Source: a virus
Virus record (IMG/VR): IMGVR_UViG_3300034523_000087
Length of the DNA: 63,327 nucleotides
Strand: one strand, 5' to 3'
Part shown: positions 17,652 through 24,444 of the stretch, in pieces
How the letters are laid out: each line of letters starts with the position of its first letter
Numbering within the stretch: position 1 is the first letter of the stretch
The notes under the pieces: generated by a model
Told to the model about the DNA's origin: nothing
The model's database searches: none
What the model saw: the letters and a program-made list of their open reading frames with translations, nothing else
Translations under genes and position numbers: made by a program

Positions 17652-18068
17652 ATGGACATCACTATGGACATCATCAAAAGCAGCACCAACGAAGTCGACA
17701 CCGACGCCGTGATGGAAGAACTCCACAACATCATGGCCAGCTACGCCGAGCGCGGCATATTCCTGTCGCTCTACTTCACCACCAACATCGAGATCGTCAA
17801 CAAGGACGGCAACGATTACGGCTTCCGTGCTGCACGCGGCATGGTCAGCGTACCGGGCTGGGTGCATGGCGGTGGTATCGGCGCTGTCCTGAGCGCTATG
17901 GGTGAAGGCGTCGAGTTCACCGACAACCCGGTCACCCTGGTACTGCGTGCTGCTCAGCACGCCGCGGCGCACCAACAACTGATCACCGAGCACATGAATC
18001 AGGTGGGCGAAATCGGCCTGATCCAGCTTGTGGATAACTCCAAGTTGGACGTGGTGAAAATCGACTGA
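17652..18068 (+). CDS. hypothetical acidic early protein (138 aa)
   Basis: Internal ATG of track ORF 17505..18068; followed by a GC-rich hairpin. Confidence 0.65.
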   Translation: MDITMDIIKSSTNEVDTDAVMEELHNIMASYAERGIFLSLYFTTNIEIVNKDGNDYGFRAARGMVSVPGWVHGGGIGAVLSAMGEGVEFTDNPVTLVLRAAQHAAAHQQLITEHMNQVGEIGLIQLVDNSKLDVVKID

Positions 18069-18082
18069 TTTCCACACGTGTG

Positions 18083-18122
18083 TGAGGGGAGCGGGGAGGG
18101 CCGACCCGCCCCCTTCTCCCCT
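18083..18122 (+). terminator. long GC-rich hairpin at the left edge of R1 (weak U-tract)
   Basis: GAGGGGAGCGGGGAGGG-CCGA-CCCGCCCCCTTCTCCCCTC, then CACCCTTTCTG. Confidence 0.5.
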
Positions 18123-18244
18123 CCACCCTTTCTGTATCGATCGCTAACCTAAGTGGTTGTTTCTTGAAACCAATTAGCTTTTTCTATCGCTGTAACGATT
18201 TCGTTCCAAACAGGATGAGACTGACTCTCAACAACCGTCACGAT

Positions 18245-18281
18245 GTTACGAAATTCCGTCCACCGACGAAAATTTCGTAAC
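18245..18281. other. inverted repeat GTTACGAAATT-N15-AATTTCGTAAC
   Basis: 11-bp perfect arms built from two inverted iterons. Confidence 0.85.
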
Positions 18282-18336
18282 ACGCTCCAGCCCAGGCAGC
18301 ACTAGGGGCACAGAGCTTTCTGTTACGATGTTACGA

Positions 18337-18400
18337 TCTTTTCTTCTTTATTCCACTACAGAAAAAAATAAATAAGTAATAGATATAGTTAATAAGTACA
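18337..18400. other. AT-rich core of R1
   Basis: CTTTTCTTCTTTATTCCACTACAGAAAAAAATAAATAAGTAATAGATATAGTTAATAAGTACA in an otherwise GC-rich genome. Confidence 0.85.
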
Positions 18401-18473
18401 TAGGGGCCATATGTACATGCTATCTGTAGCGGAATATCACCAAACTTCGTAACATTCGTGACAAAACCGGCTG

Positions 18474-18700
18474 AAACCCGCGTGGCACTAAGGCTAGAGG
18501 CCTGTTACGAAATTTTTTGAGATCGTGACAATCGTGACAAAATTTCCGCCCCGATCTGCCTCAAACCCGCGTGGCACTAAGGCTCCAGGCTGTCACGAAA
18601 TTTTTTGAAGATCGTGACAAAACCTCTCCCTCACTCGGCGCAAAGCCGCGTGGCACTAAGGCTCCAGACTGTCACGAAATTTTCTATGCGTTTTCCGTCA
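18474..18700 (+). promoter_or_regulatory. three tandem ~80-89-bp units, each carrying the conserved box CCGCGTGGCACTAAGGCTCCAG..TGTYACGAAATTTT
   Basis: GTGGCAC at 18482, 18571 and 18650; units end with TGA(A)GATCGTGACAA; all point toward gene 18747. Confidence 0.6.
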
Positions 18701-18746
18701 ATCCGTGACCAAATCATCCATTTCAGTCATCCACAGGAGCCTGGAA

Positions 18747-18950
18747 ATGCGCGTCCGCGACGTTCTGGTATTCGCTTTTTGCGTCCTCTTCGCCTTCGCC
18801 ACCATGACGGTCTTCGTCTATGCCCCCGCAAAGGCCAAAAAGGCGCGTTTCGAGGCATGTTCGGCCCAAGGTGGGGTGTTGGTATACACCCAGGCCGAAA
18901 CCCCTCTATGCGTGAAATCTGACGCCCTCCTGCCCATCCCTAACTATTAG
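18747..18950 (+). CDS. small secreted or membrane-anchored protein (67 aa)
   Basis: Internal ATG of track ORF 18705..18950 with AGGAG RBS; N-terminal hydrophobic segment VLVFAFCVLFAFATMTVFVYA. Confidence 0.6.
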   Translation: MRVRDVLVFAFCVLFAFATMTVFVYAPAKAKKARFEACSAQGGVLVYTQAETPLCVKSDALLPIPNY

Positions 18951-18962
18951 GAGATTGCCCCC

Positions 18963-19289
18963 ATGTTCGTCGACGCTCTGGCCTTCGGTTTCATGGCTGC
19001 CATCGGCATCTTCATTCTGTTGTGGCGTCTGCCTCGCATTCTCGTCCTGCATCTGCTGGGTATGGGTTTCCTGCTCGACACGGCGTTCACCACCCTGGTG
19101 TTCTGGATGCACTGGGGCACGGCCATCGGCATGTTCGTCGCCACGATCGGCGGCCTGTTCGGGTCCGCCGGTATCAGTCTGGCCAAAGGCGTGCTTGGCT
19201 CGATCGACTTCAAGACCAAGCAGTACAAACCCGGTTGGTTCGGTGATCGTCGTCCGCCCGAGTACAAGACCGCACCGCCGGCCAACTGA
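18963..19289 (+). CDS. polytopic membrane protein (108 aa)
   Basis: Track ORF, AGGAG RBS; three to four hydrophobic helices. Confidence 0.75.
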   Translation: MFVDALAFGFMAAIGIFILLWRLPRILVLHLLGMGFLLDTAFTTLVFWMHWGTAIGMFVATIGGLFGSAGISLAKGVLGSIDFKTKQYKPGWFGDRRPPEYKTAPPAN

Positions 19290-19292
19290 GTA

Positions 19293-19340
19293 CCCACTCA
19301 CCCACTCACCCACTCACCCACTCACCCGCTTACTCACCCT
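19293..19340. repeat. octamer tandem repeat (CCCACTCA)x4 plus two degenerate units
   Basis: Perfect units at 19293, 19301, 19309 and 19317; lies in the intergenic gap before the pentapeptide-repeat gene. Confidence 0.9.
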
Positions 19341-19374
19341 CCCCACGACCAAACCTTGCTGCCAGGAGCACGCC

Positions 19375-20466
19375 ATGCCGTCCTTCGCCGATTACCCCAT
19401 GCCTACCAAGCACAGACGCTTGCTCACCAAAGTCGAGATATCGAAAGCATTCGAAGCCGATCTGGACGACCGCCTCCCGGAAGTGAGTGCCTTGGCTATG
19501 ACCAGAACCTACGCAGACTATGGACTGCGTGGCACGTCCAGCTATGACTCGTACGTGAACGGTTTCATCTTCGACCAATCCAATGCTTCCGACGCTGTTC
19601 CGTACATCGACTCGAAGGCTCGACTCGCCAAAGCCAGGACGCAATGCCATGGCGTGTTCGACAAACACGGGTTCGACAAACACGTGTTCAGTCTGGCCCT
19701 GGTTCGTCACAGCGCCGACCCTACCACCCTCATGAAGCCTTCCAGAAGCCAACTCGATCGACTCATGTGCTACAGCCAGTTCACCAGCTGTTTCTTCGAT
19801 GGCTGCCATTTCCAGAACATCCACATGGTCGATGCAACGTTCACGAATTGCGTTTTCTTCGACTGCTCGTTCATCAGATGCGTCGGTTACCGTGCCAAGT
19901 TCATCAACTGCATTTTCCTCGGCACGCTTTTCCACGAAGGCACATGGGCGAACGCCAAATTCAACGGTTGCAAAATGTACGAAGTACGCTTCCGTCTATC
20001 GATAGATCCCACTCCCATGTCGGAGATACAGCTCAACTACGTTTCCTTCTACATGTCGAAGCTCGTAAATGTGACCTTCGAGGGCGACGTGTTCTACGAC
20101 ACCGTTTTCCCGGCGTCCTACCTGATCGGTGTGGCCCTGCAAGATGCCGATCTGACGAACGTGGATATGCGCACCGCGTTCCACGTCGATATCGAAAGCA
20201 TGCGCGGATGCAGGCTCAGCCGACCGAATCCGACGCAGTTCATGTCGCTGAACATCCACGACTACCCGATCATCTACACCTCGAACGTCATACAGATCGG
20301 TTGTCAGGCGTTCAGCATGCAGGAGCTACACCATTGCCTGAGCATGGAAGAGCAGGAGCTGTACCAGCTGTCTTCCGATGCGCCGGAATTGGCCAAAGCC
20401 CACCTGAAGTGGCTGCTCAAGACCATCGAGCGCTTCAAGCCCAAGCCGCTCCCGTACGAGTGCTGA
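19375..20466 (+). CDS. pentapeptide-repeat protein (363 aa)
   Basis: Internal ATG of track ORF 18955..20466 with AGGAG RBS. Residues ~131-272 show a strict 5-residue period with F/L/M at the centre (QFTSC FFDGC HFQNI HMVDA TFTNC VFFDC SFIRC ...), as in Qnr/MfpA-type beta-helices. Confidence 0.8.
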   Translation: MPSFADYPMPTKHRRLLTKVEISKAFEADLDDRLPEVSALAMTRTYADYGLRGTSSYDSYVNGFIFDQSNASDAVPYIDSKARLAKARTQCHGVFDKHGFDKHVFSLALVRHSADPTTLMKPSRSQLDRLMCYSQFTSCFFDGCHFQNIHMVDATFTNCVFFDCSFIRCVGYRAKFINCIFLGTLFHEGTWANAKFNGCKMYEVRFRLSIDPTPMSEIQLNYVSFYMSKLVNVTFEGDVFYDTVFPASYLIGVALQDADLTNVDMRTAFHVDIESMRGCRLSRPNPTQFMSLNIHDYPIIYTSNVIQIGCQAFSMQELHHCLSMEEQELYQLSSDAPELAKAHLKWLLKTIERFKPKPLPYEC

Positions 20467-20469
20467 ACA

Positions 20470-20691
20470 ATGAACCCTCCCAAGCGTTATCGCCCCGACA
20501 CAGGGTTCGAACGCCGTGCATGGCGTCCCGACAACTACCTGCTAGACCACCCGCGGTTGGAATGGAACCCGTACACCAAACAGCGTCCGTGCAGGGACTT
20601 CGATTCGACTCAGCTGATACTGGTCCAGATGTCCGTCATGGATCACTCATGCGAAATCATCAAGCGCATCATGTGCGCTGCACAGGAGTAG
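20470..20691 (+). CDS. hypothetical protein (73 aa)
   Basis: Track ORF, 3 nt after the upstream stop. Confidence 0.6.
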   Translation: MNPPKRYRPDTGFERRAWRPDNYLLDHPRLEWNPYTKQRPCRDFDSTQLILVQMSVMDHSCEIIKRIMCAAQE

Positions 20692-20695
20692 CACC

Positions 20696-21229
20696 GTGCT
20701 GATAGTCCACGCTCACCTCGACCCGCGCCACGAAAGTCCCAAGCCCATCACTCCGCCTGATCCGCTGCCCTATGTGAGCCGGCGGGCACTGGCACGTGTC
20801 CGTGAGTGGATTCCGCCGCCGGATGTGTGCCCGAACTGCGGCAGTGAAGTGAAGCTGGTCAACAACATCGAGATTTACCGCAGCCGATCGTACGGGGAAT
20901 GGCCCTATGCGTACCGTTGCGTGAACGAACGCTGTGACAGCTTCGTCGGTCTGCACAAGCACACCGACCTGCCGCTGGGCACGCTGGCCACCAAAGCCAT
21001 GCGCGATGCACGGAAGGACGCGAAATCGGTCTTCCACCAGCTGATGGACCAATGGAGCGGCGTCTTCAGTCGCTCGGAAATGTATACCTGGCTCGCCAAG
21101 CAGCTGGGTATCCCGAAAGCGCACTGCCACTTCGGAATGTTCGACATCCCGACGTGCTCCCGTGCGCTGAAAATCTGCCTCGCAGAATTGAAGGAACGTA
21201 GCCACTTCAAAAAATACCCAACCTTTTGA
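20696..21229 (+). CDS. Zn-ribbon protein (DUF3268-like)
   Basis: GTG start with AGGAG RBS; CPNCG...YRCVNERCDSFVGLHKHTDLPLGTLA...DARKDAKSVFHQL...CHFGMFD resembles that family from memory. Confidence 0.7.
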   Translation: MLIVHAHLDPRHESPKPITPPDPLPYVSRRALARVREWIPPPDVCPNCGSEVKLVNNIEIYRSRSYGEWPYAYRCVNERCDSFVGLHKHTDLPLGTLATKAMRDARKDAKSVFHQLMDQWSGVFSRSEMYTWLAKQLGIPKAHCHFGMFDIPTCSRALKICLAELKERSHFKKYPTF

Positions 21230-21240
21230 GAAACCCAACC

Positions 21241-21594
21241 ATGTCCGACATCAACACCCACACCGAAATTACCGAGGTCACCGAGAACGCCGAGACTACT
21301 TCGCGGACGCAGCCGCAGCCGGACTGCATCACCATCCTCCCGGATGACATTGCCGCGAAAACACCCGGCGCTGTCTCGATGTCCTTCTACCGACTGCTGT
21401 CCATCCGCGCCACGTTGCGTCTCCAGGCCGCCGGCATAAAGACGCGCGGCGGATCCATCCGCAAACGTGTCGCGGCTGAGTTCGGCCTCAAGCCCAGGGA
21501 CAGCTACGAGGCGTTCATCGATCGGGCGAACGTATTGATCGAAGAAGCCAAGCTGAAAGCCGGGCAACGCGCGGGCGTCCTGCCCAAGGAATGA
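21241..21594 (+). CDS. hypothetical protein (117 aa)
   Basis: ATG inside track ORF 21226..21594 (which starts at TTG); weak RBS. Confidence 0.6.
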   Translation: MSDINTHTEITEVTENAETTSRTQPQPDCITILPDDIAAKTPGAVSMSFYRLLSIRATLRLQAAGIKTRGGSIRKRVAAEFGLKPRDSYEAFIDRANVLIEEAKLKAGQRAGVLPKE

Positions 21595-21622
21595 AGAAGT
21601 AGGGACCAGTTGGAGTTGAGTA

Positions 21623-22156
21623 ATGCACGTAAAGAAACGTGATCGGATTCTTGCCAATCAGACAGCCGCCGCGCAGAAGGTCTACGCGTGCGTGCCGATT
21701 TCCGAATCATGGCCAGCGCACAAGATCATGGCGCAGCTGAAGATCGATCTCGGCTCGTCCATGAGCGTCGCCGTCGTGCGAGGATGCCTGAGAGCACTGC
21801 ACGAGTCCGGGCTGATCCGACGGCCGAGCAGCGACCTGTACATCCGTGAGCCGGTCGTTACGGCTGCCGCTCAGCCCGCTCAGCCCGCTCAGCCCGTTCA
21901 ACCTGCTCAACCCACTGAACCCGCTCCGCCTGCTCAACCCGAACAACCGAAGGAATCCAGCATGTCCGCATCGATCGTTTCCCTGCTCAGACTCGCGAAC
22001 AGTCTCTCGACCCTGGCCGTCGAGATCGAAGAACGTCTGTCCGAAGCCGCAGCCGATATCGAGAAGATGGCCAGGCAGCTGGAAACCGAAACCGCCGCGT
22101 ATCGTGAGCAGCTGGCCAAACTGAAGCAGCTGCAAACCCTGCTGAAGGATCTGTAG
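21623..22156 (+). CDS. putative winged-helix DNA-binding protein with (A/P)Q-rich linker and coiled-coil tail
   Basis: Track ORF; the N-terminal ~75 aa look wHTH-like (SVAVVRGCLRALHESGLIRR); nine 9-bp repeats encode AQPAQPAQPVQPAQPTEPAPPAQPEQP; heptad-like C-terminus. Confidence 0.7.
   Translation: MHVKKRDRILANQTAAAQKVYACVPISESWPAHKIMAQLKIDLGSSMSVAVVRGCLRALHESGLIRRPSSDLYIREPVVTAAAQPAQPAQPVQPAQPTEPAPPAQPEQPKESSMSASIVSLLRLANSLSTLAVEIEERLSEAAADIEKMARQLETETAAYREQLAKLKQLQTLLKDL
21869..21949. repeat. nine 9-bp in-frame repeats (GCTCAGCCC-like)
   Basis: Encodes the AQP/EQP linker of gene 21623..22156. Confidence 0.85.
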
Positions 22157-22158
22157 CC

Positions 22159-22410
22159 ATGATCAACAAGCGAACCGAACCCCGTAAGAACCTCGAAGAA
22201 ATCCGCCAGCAGCACGAGGCGTATATCGCCGAGCATAAAGCCTCCGGCGGCGTGACGCAGGTCTACCGTTGCCCGTTCTGCGCCCTGCCCATCGAAACCG
22301 CATCGCCGTCGACCAAGCACAACATGTGGGACACCATGACGACCTGCCCCTGGTGCGACGGTTTGCACTTCAAGCGTGTGTACTTCACTCACGTCGAGAC
22401 ACGAGCATGA
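22159..22410 (+). CDS. small Zn-ribbon protein (83 aa)
   Basis: Track ORF; CPFC...CPWC. Confidence 0.7.
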   Translation: MINKRTEPRKNLEEIRQQHEAYIAEHKASGGVTQVYRCPFCALPIETASPSTKHNMWDTMTTCPWCDGLHFKRVYFTHVETRA

Positions 22411-22703
22411 TCACCATAACCTACTGCGTAAGGGTCACTGTGCCTGAGCTGGTGTGGCAGCACTTTCGCGACAACGCTGAGTATTTCAGAGCGATATGTG
22501 ATGCCTTCACTGGCAACACGGGCTCGGGCACCAACTACTACAGCACGGTCGAAGAATGGGCAGAGTTCGACAGCGCCCACGCTGCGCAGCGTGCCGAGCA
22601 GAAAGCCCTGGTGGTGATCGCTGAGTACGAACGACGAGCGCAGACCTTGGAAGCTCAGCGTTTGGAAGAGATCAAGCGAGAAGAAGAGGCTGATAGAGAA
22701 TGA
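22407..22703 (+). CDS. hypothetical protein (98 aa)
   Basis: Internal ATG of track ORF 22269..22703; ATGA coupling with the upstream stop. Confidence 0.65.
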   Translation: MITITYCVRVTVPELVWQHFRDNAEYFRAICDAFTGNTGSGTNYYSTVEEWAEFDSAHAAQRAEQKALVVIAEYERRAQTLEAQRLEEIKREEEADRE

Positions 22704-23002
22704 CCACCAAACCGGTCCCTGAAAGAATAGTAGTCACCGGCGACATCTATACCGCAGTACGCAAACGTGGGTATCGCTTCATTCGTCGCTTCGGAACGCT
22801 CCCCACGCCCGGTGACGACAGCACGTCGGCCACTGACGACTGGCCCGTGCTGCTCTGGCAACACAATGCGTCGAAAGAACGCTTCGCCGTCTCCTACGGC
22901 GCCGAACTGAACTACTGTCTGGACTGGAATCAGGCCGCTGAACTTCTCGGCGCTTCCCTACTTCACGCTTCACTCGCCGACGGGGTAATCCACGATGTCT
23001 AG
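22700..23002 (+). CDS. hypothetical protein (100 aa)
   Basis: Track ORF; ATGA coupling. Confidence 0.7.
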   Translation: MTTKPVPERIVVTGDIYTAVRKRGYRFIRRFGTLPTPGDDSTSATDDWPVLLWQHNASKERFAVSYGAELNYCLDWNQAAELLGASLLHASLADGVIHDV

Positions 23003-23567
23003 TAGCAAACAACTCACGCCTGGATCGTACATCAGCGGCACTCACCGCACGCAGGATCTGATCCCGAAGTTCTTCGAGATCCTGGAAGATGTGTACGTCA
23101 ACGCTGCATTCGAGATAGCTCTCGCAGTAGCTGAAGAAGACGGCGCAGACCTCACCGACCATTGGCTGTTCCTCGTGCTCATCGAGAAAAAGTCGTGGGA
23201 TGAAGTCAACGTGAACTGGTGGCACACCATTCAGGCTGCGGAAATGGTCGACACCTTGATCAACGCATTGCAGAACTACACGCCGCAGGGCCACTACTTC
23301 GGCGTGCATCCCGGCGACGGATCCGACTTTGGCTGCTGGCTTCTCGAATCCGTAGAGCTGTATACGGTGCTGATCCGTGAAAGCAACAATACCGGTACGA
23401 CGTACATCGATAGCGTCTACTCGCATTCGCCGGAAGAGGCCGCGCGTATCGTGCTCGATTCGTGCGCGAAAAACTGGGATTGCCTCGCTTCGAACCTGCA
23501 CGTGCTTGGCATCCTGAAAAGCGAAAAACAGATTGAAGTCGTCGAGTGGAACGACTTCGAGGGCTGA
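22995..23567 (+). CDS. hypothetical protein (190 aa)
   Basis: Track ORF; no motif recognised. Confidence 0.75.
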   Translation: MSSSKQLTPGSYISGTHRTQDLIPKFFEILEDVYVNAAFEIALAVAEEDGADLTDHWLFLVLIEKKSWDEVNVNWWHTIQAAEMVDTLINALQNYTPQGHYFGVHPGDGSDFGCWLLESVELYTVLIRESNNTGTTYIDSVYSHSPEEAARIVLDSCAKNWDCLASNLHVLGILKSEKQIEVVEWNDFEG

Positions 23568-23569
23568 TC

Positions 23570-24250
23570 ATGTACGACATCCAAGCTGAACTCGCCGCGT
23601 TCAAAGACCACAAAATGAGCAAGCACTATTTGTGGCCAATCAGTTACAGGACGCCGTTCTACAACGCGGACATTGGATTCGGCCAGCCCAACGGCCGGCG
23701 CAACAGCGACGCGGACGAGTTCATGACTTGGGTCCAGCCAAGCCTGCGCTTCAAAGGTAAAGCTCACGACTTGATCCGTTTAGGGCACCGCGGTTGGTAC
23801 GTCGACAGCGCACTTGACGATGTTGTGTACGGTGTCGTGTACCAACTGCCAGCCAAGCACGGCGAAGAACGCTATCTGGCTGGTTGCGTCTACAGCTACG
23901 ACACCGAATGCGTGTCGCTGGACGTGACTCAAGTCTATGACTCCGAACGCGACGCAGCATATGCGTCCGAAGAACTGGCGAGAATCGCGGCCGAGCATAG
24001 CTGCGAAGAAGACATGAAGTATCAGCACGCGCAAGTGAAAGAAAAAGCTCGTGAACATCGCAGTGTTTTGCGTGCGCGCATGCGGAGCATCGTCGCTGCC
24101 CTGCGGTGGAAACGTCGTATGGCGCGCACCTCACCGCCCGTGTACATCCCGGACATCTTCAACACCCTGGCCGAAGAAGAACTCCGACGCTCGATAGCCG
24201 AGCGAGCAGAGCTGTACAAGATCTGGAAATACGGCCCGGAGGATTCGTAA
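23570..24250 (+). CDS. hypothetical protein (226 aa)
   Basis: Internal ATG of track ORF 23546..24250, just after the upstream stop. Confidence 0.75.
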   Translation: MYDIQAELAAFKDHKMSKHYLWPISYRTPFYNADIGFGQPNGRRNSDADEFMTWVQPSLRFKGKAHDLIRLGHRGWYVDSALDDVVYGVVYQLPAKHGEERYLAGCVYSYDTECVSLDVTQVYDSERDAAYASEELARIAAEHSCEEDMKYQHAQVKEKAREHRSVLRARMRSIVAALRWKRRMARTSPPVYIPDIFNTLAEEELRRSIAERAELYKIWKYGPEDS

Positions 24251-24441
24251 TGGGAAGGAAACACCTCACCGAATTTCGTCGCGACGACATCACCAAGTTC
24301 GTCATTTTTGCGCGCACGTACAACAAGTTCGTCGTGATGTACTTGCGCCAAGGGCAGAAGCACCTGGCCATGGAAGAGCGCCGTATGCGTCGCGCCTCCA
24401 TGGCACAGGCGCGCCGTATCAAGGAGCAGCTGGAGGGCTAG
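24250..24441 (+). CDS. small basic protein (63 aa)
   Basis: Internal ATG of track ORF 24106..24441; TAATG overlap with the upstream stop. Confidence 0.55.
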   Translation: MGRKHLTEFRRDDITKFVIFARTYNKFVVMYLRQGQKHLAMEERRMRRASMAQARRIKEQLEG

Positions 24442-24444
24442 GAA

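Larger units (their letters stand above)
18131..18705. repeat. noncoding composite module R1 (iterons, hairpin, AT-rich core, three tandem boxes)
   Basis: 678-bp gene-free gap; block-wise similarity to 49431..49770; see findings. Confidence 0.9.

Noticed and set aside
18348-18356. DnaA box in the AT-rich core (TTATTCCAC)
   Set aside because: It differs from TTATCCACA by a 1-nt insertion, so it is not a credible box without experimental support.
18337-18440. tRNA or other known RNA gene in the AT-rich cores
   Set aside because: I could draw no cloverleaf, and the sequence downstream of the conserved TTATTCCACTACAGAAAAAATAAATAAG block diverges between the two copies.
18482-18499. Sigma-54 promoter suggested by TGGCAC
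   Set aside because: The -24 GG is not followed by GC after 10 nt (positions read AG or CC). The nearest GC is 3 nt too close, and there is no TTGC element.
18474-18700. Possible mini-CRISPR array (three ~45-57-nt repeats with a 79-89-bp period)
   Set aside because: There are only three units. The repeats are imperfect and cover most of each period, so the 'spacers' are only ~25-30 nt. The same sequence recurs singly and inverted in R2, and there are no cas genes or leader.
18605-18922. 105-aa + strand ORF starting inside R1
   Set aside because: It runs through the tandem boxes, has Arg/Pro-rich junk composition, and overlaps the better-supported small gene 18747..18950.
18955-20466. 503-aa long form of the pentapeptide-repeat ORF
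   Set aside because: Its first 140 codons overlap membrane-protein gene 18963..19289 in another frame and read through the octamer repeat. A good AGGAG RBS precedes ATG 19375.
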